Shown here in pieces: positions 16,994 through 17,931 of a stretch of 17,931 nucleotides of DNA. Position 1 is the stretch's first letter; the number at the start of each line of letters is the position of its first letter. The position numbers and the translations under genes are program-made. The notes beneath the pieces were generated by a model. It searched no databases. It was not told the origin of the DNA and saw only the letters and a list, made by a program, of their open reading frames with translations. This stretch comes from Candidatus Hydrogenedentota bacterium (GTDB lineage: Bacteria; Hydrogenedentota; Hydrogenedentia; Hydrogenedentales; JAEUWI01), in the NCBI GenBank assembly GCA_034669905.1, contig JAXMOL010000083.1:1-17931 (forward strand). Direction: 5' to 3'.

Positions 16994-17827
16994 ATGACCG
17001 GACGCCACACCTGGGAATGGAAATCAGCAGGCCCTGCCCGGGCGCACGTGCTGATTGTGCACGGATATGGGGAGCATGGAGGACGCTACGCCGAATTCGC
17101 CACGGCGCTGACGGAGGTCGGATTCCATGTGTACGCCTTTGACCACGCTGGCCATGGCCAGAGTCCGGGAAAGCGCGGCTATGTGGATTCTTTTGAGGCG
17201 CTGGTCAAGGAGCTGGCGGCTCAAATCGATGGCATGGTAGCGGAGGCGGGTGGGAAGCCCTGTTTTCTTTTTGCCCACAGCATGGGCGGCCTGATTGCGA
17301 CCCGCTATCTGACGCGGGGGTGTGGCGGGCTCAGGGGGGCCGTGATTTCGAGTCCCTTACTCGCCGTGCCAGAGGGGGTGTCCCCGGTCTTGCTTCGACT
17401 CGCTGGCTTTCTGGGGCGGTGGCTGCCCTGGCTGCCGGTGGACCGGCTCGACAGCGCGTCCCTATCGCAGTTGCCCGAGGCGGTCGCGGCCTATGATGCC
17501 GACCCGCTGGTCTATCATGGCCCGATACGCGCGCGGACGGGTGCCCAGCTTACCGCGGCCATCGGGGAAACCACGGCGCGCTTTTCCGCCATCACACTCC
17601 CGCTGTTGGTGCTTCACGGTACCGACGATAGGTTGGCGCCCATTTCGGGAAGCCAGCAACTGGTGGCGGAGGCGGGCAGTGAGGACGTGACTTCCTTTTT
17701 TCAGGAAGGCGGCTTTCATGAGCTGCTGAACGATGTGGAGGGAGAACGGGTGGTGAAGCGCGTGGTGACATGGTTGGAGGAACGGGTGGGGACGGCCCCG
17801 GGGACTGCCCCGACGCGGGGTGCGTGA
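16994..17827 (+). CDS. Alpha/beta hydrolase, lysophospholipase/monoacylglycerol lipase family
   Basis: GAGGAG RBS; IVHGYGEHGGRY, FDHAGHGQSPG, AHSMGG nucleophile, LHGTDD, FHELLND. Confidence 0.92.
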   Translation: MTGRHTWEWKSAGPARAHVLIVHGYGEHGGRYAEFATALTEVGFHVYAFDHAGHGQSPGKRGYVDSFEALVKELAAQIDGMVAEAGGKPCFLFAHSMGGLIATRYLTRGCGGLRGAVISSPLLAVPEGVSPVLLRLAGFLGRWLPWLPVDRLDSASLSQLPEAVAAYDADPLVYHGPIRARTGAQLTAAIGETTARFSAITLPLLVLHGTDDRLAPISGSQQLVAEAGSEDVTSFFQEGGFHELLNDVEGERVVKRVVTWLEERVGTAPGTAPTRGA

Positions 17828-17906
17828 CGGAGCGAGGTCCGCGTCTTGGCGGAAGAGCCCCTGTCGAGAGGGGAAGCAACATAAGCCAGTCGGGGCCGTC
17901 CCCCTC
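17788..17906. repeat. Left half of another mosaic repeat element (probably continues past the window edge)
   Basis: GGGGACGGCCCC + GGGGACTGCCCCGAC (17800-17814), a 74-nt spacer, then GTCGGGGCCGTCCCC (17889-17903) + CTCTTG as at 12763. Confidence 0.88.
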
Positions 17907-17931
17907 TTGAAGGTGATGTGGGCCTTCAGAG

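Overview
High-GC bacterial chromosomal window; the gene content loosely suggests a PVC/Hydrogenedentes-like organism (inference only). It holds a minus-strand proA-nadD-yqeK-methyltransferase operon and a plus-strand run encoding a CBM6 protein, aldo/keto reductase, Gfo/Idh/MocA oxidoreductase and purple-acid-phosphatase-like enzyme. These are followed by a lysozyme-family protein with a peptidoglycan-binding tail, a Tat metallophosphoesterase, two secreted beta-propeller glycosidase-like proteins, a cytochrome c/DUF1080-like fusion, and a divergent PlsC-like acyltransferase/lysophospholipase pair. The most striking feature is non-coding: about 12% of the window is one family of modular REP/REPIN-like mosaic repeats at five loci, all in the same orientation. 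They are built from a 15-mer GGGGACNGCMCCGAC (about 24 copies) arranged as inverted doublets with a fixed 88-89 bp start-to-start spacing around strongly diverged but nearly gap-free spacers, plus accessory hairpin modules and a 9-bp microsatellite. The elements abut stop codons or terminators and supply the C-termini of two proteins. No transposase, CRISPR, tRNA or rRNA was recognised.
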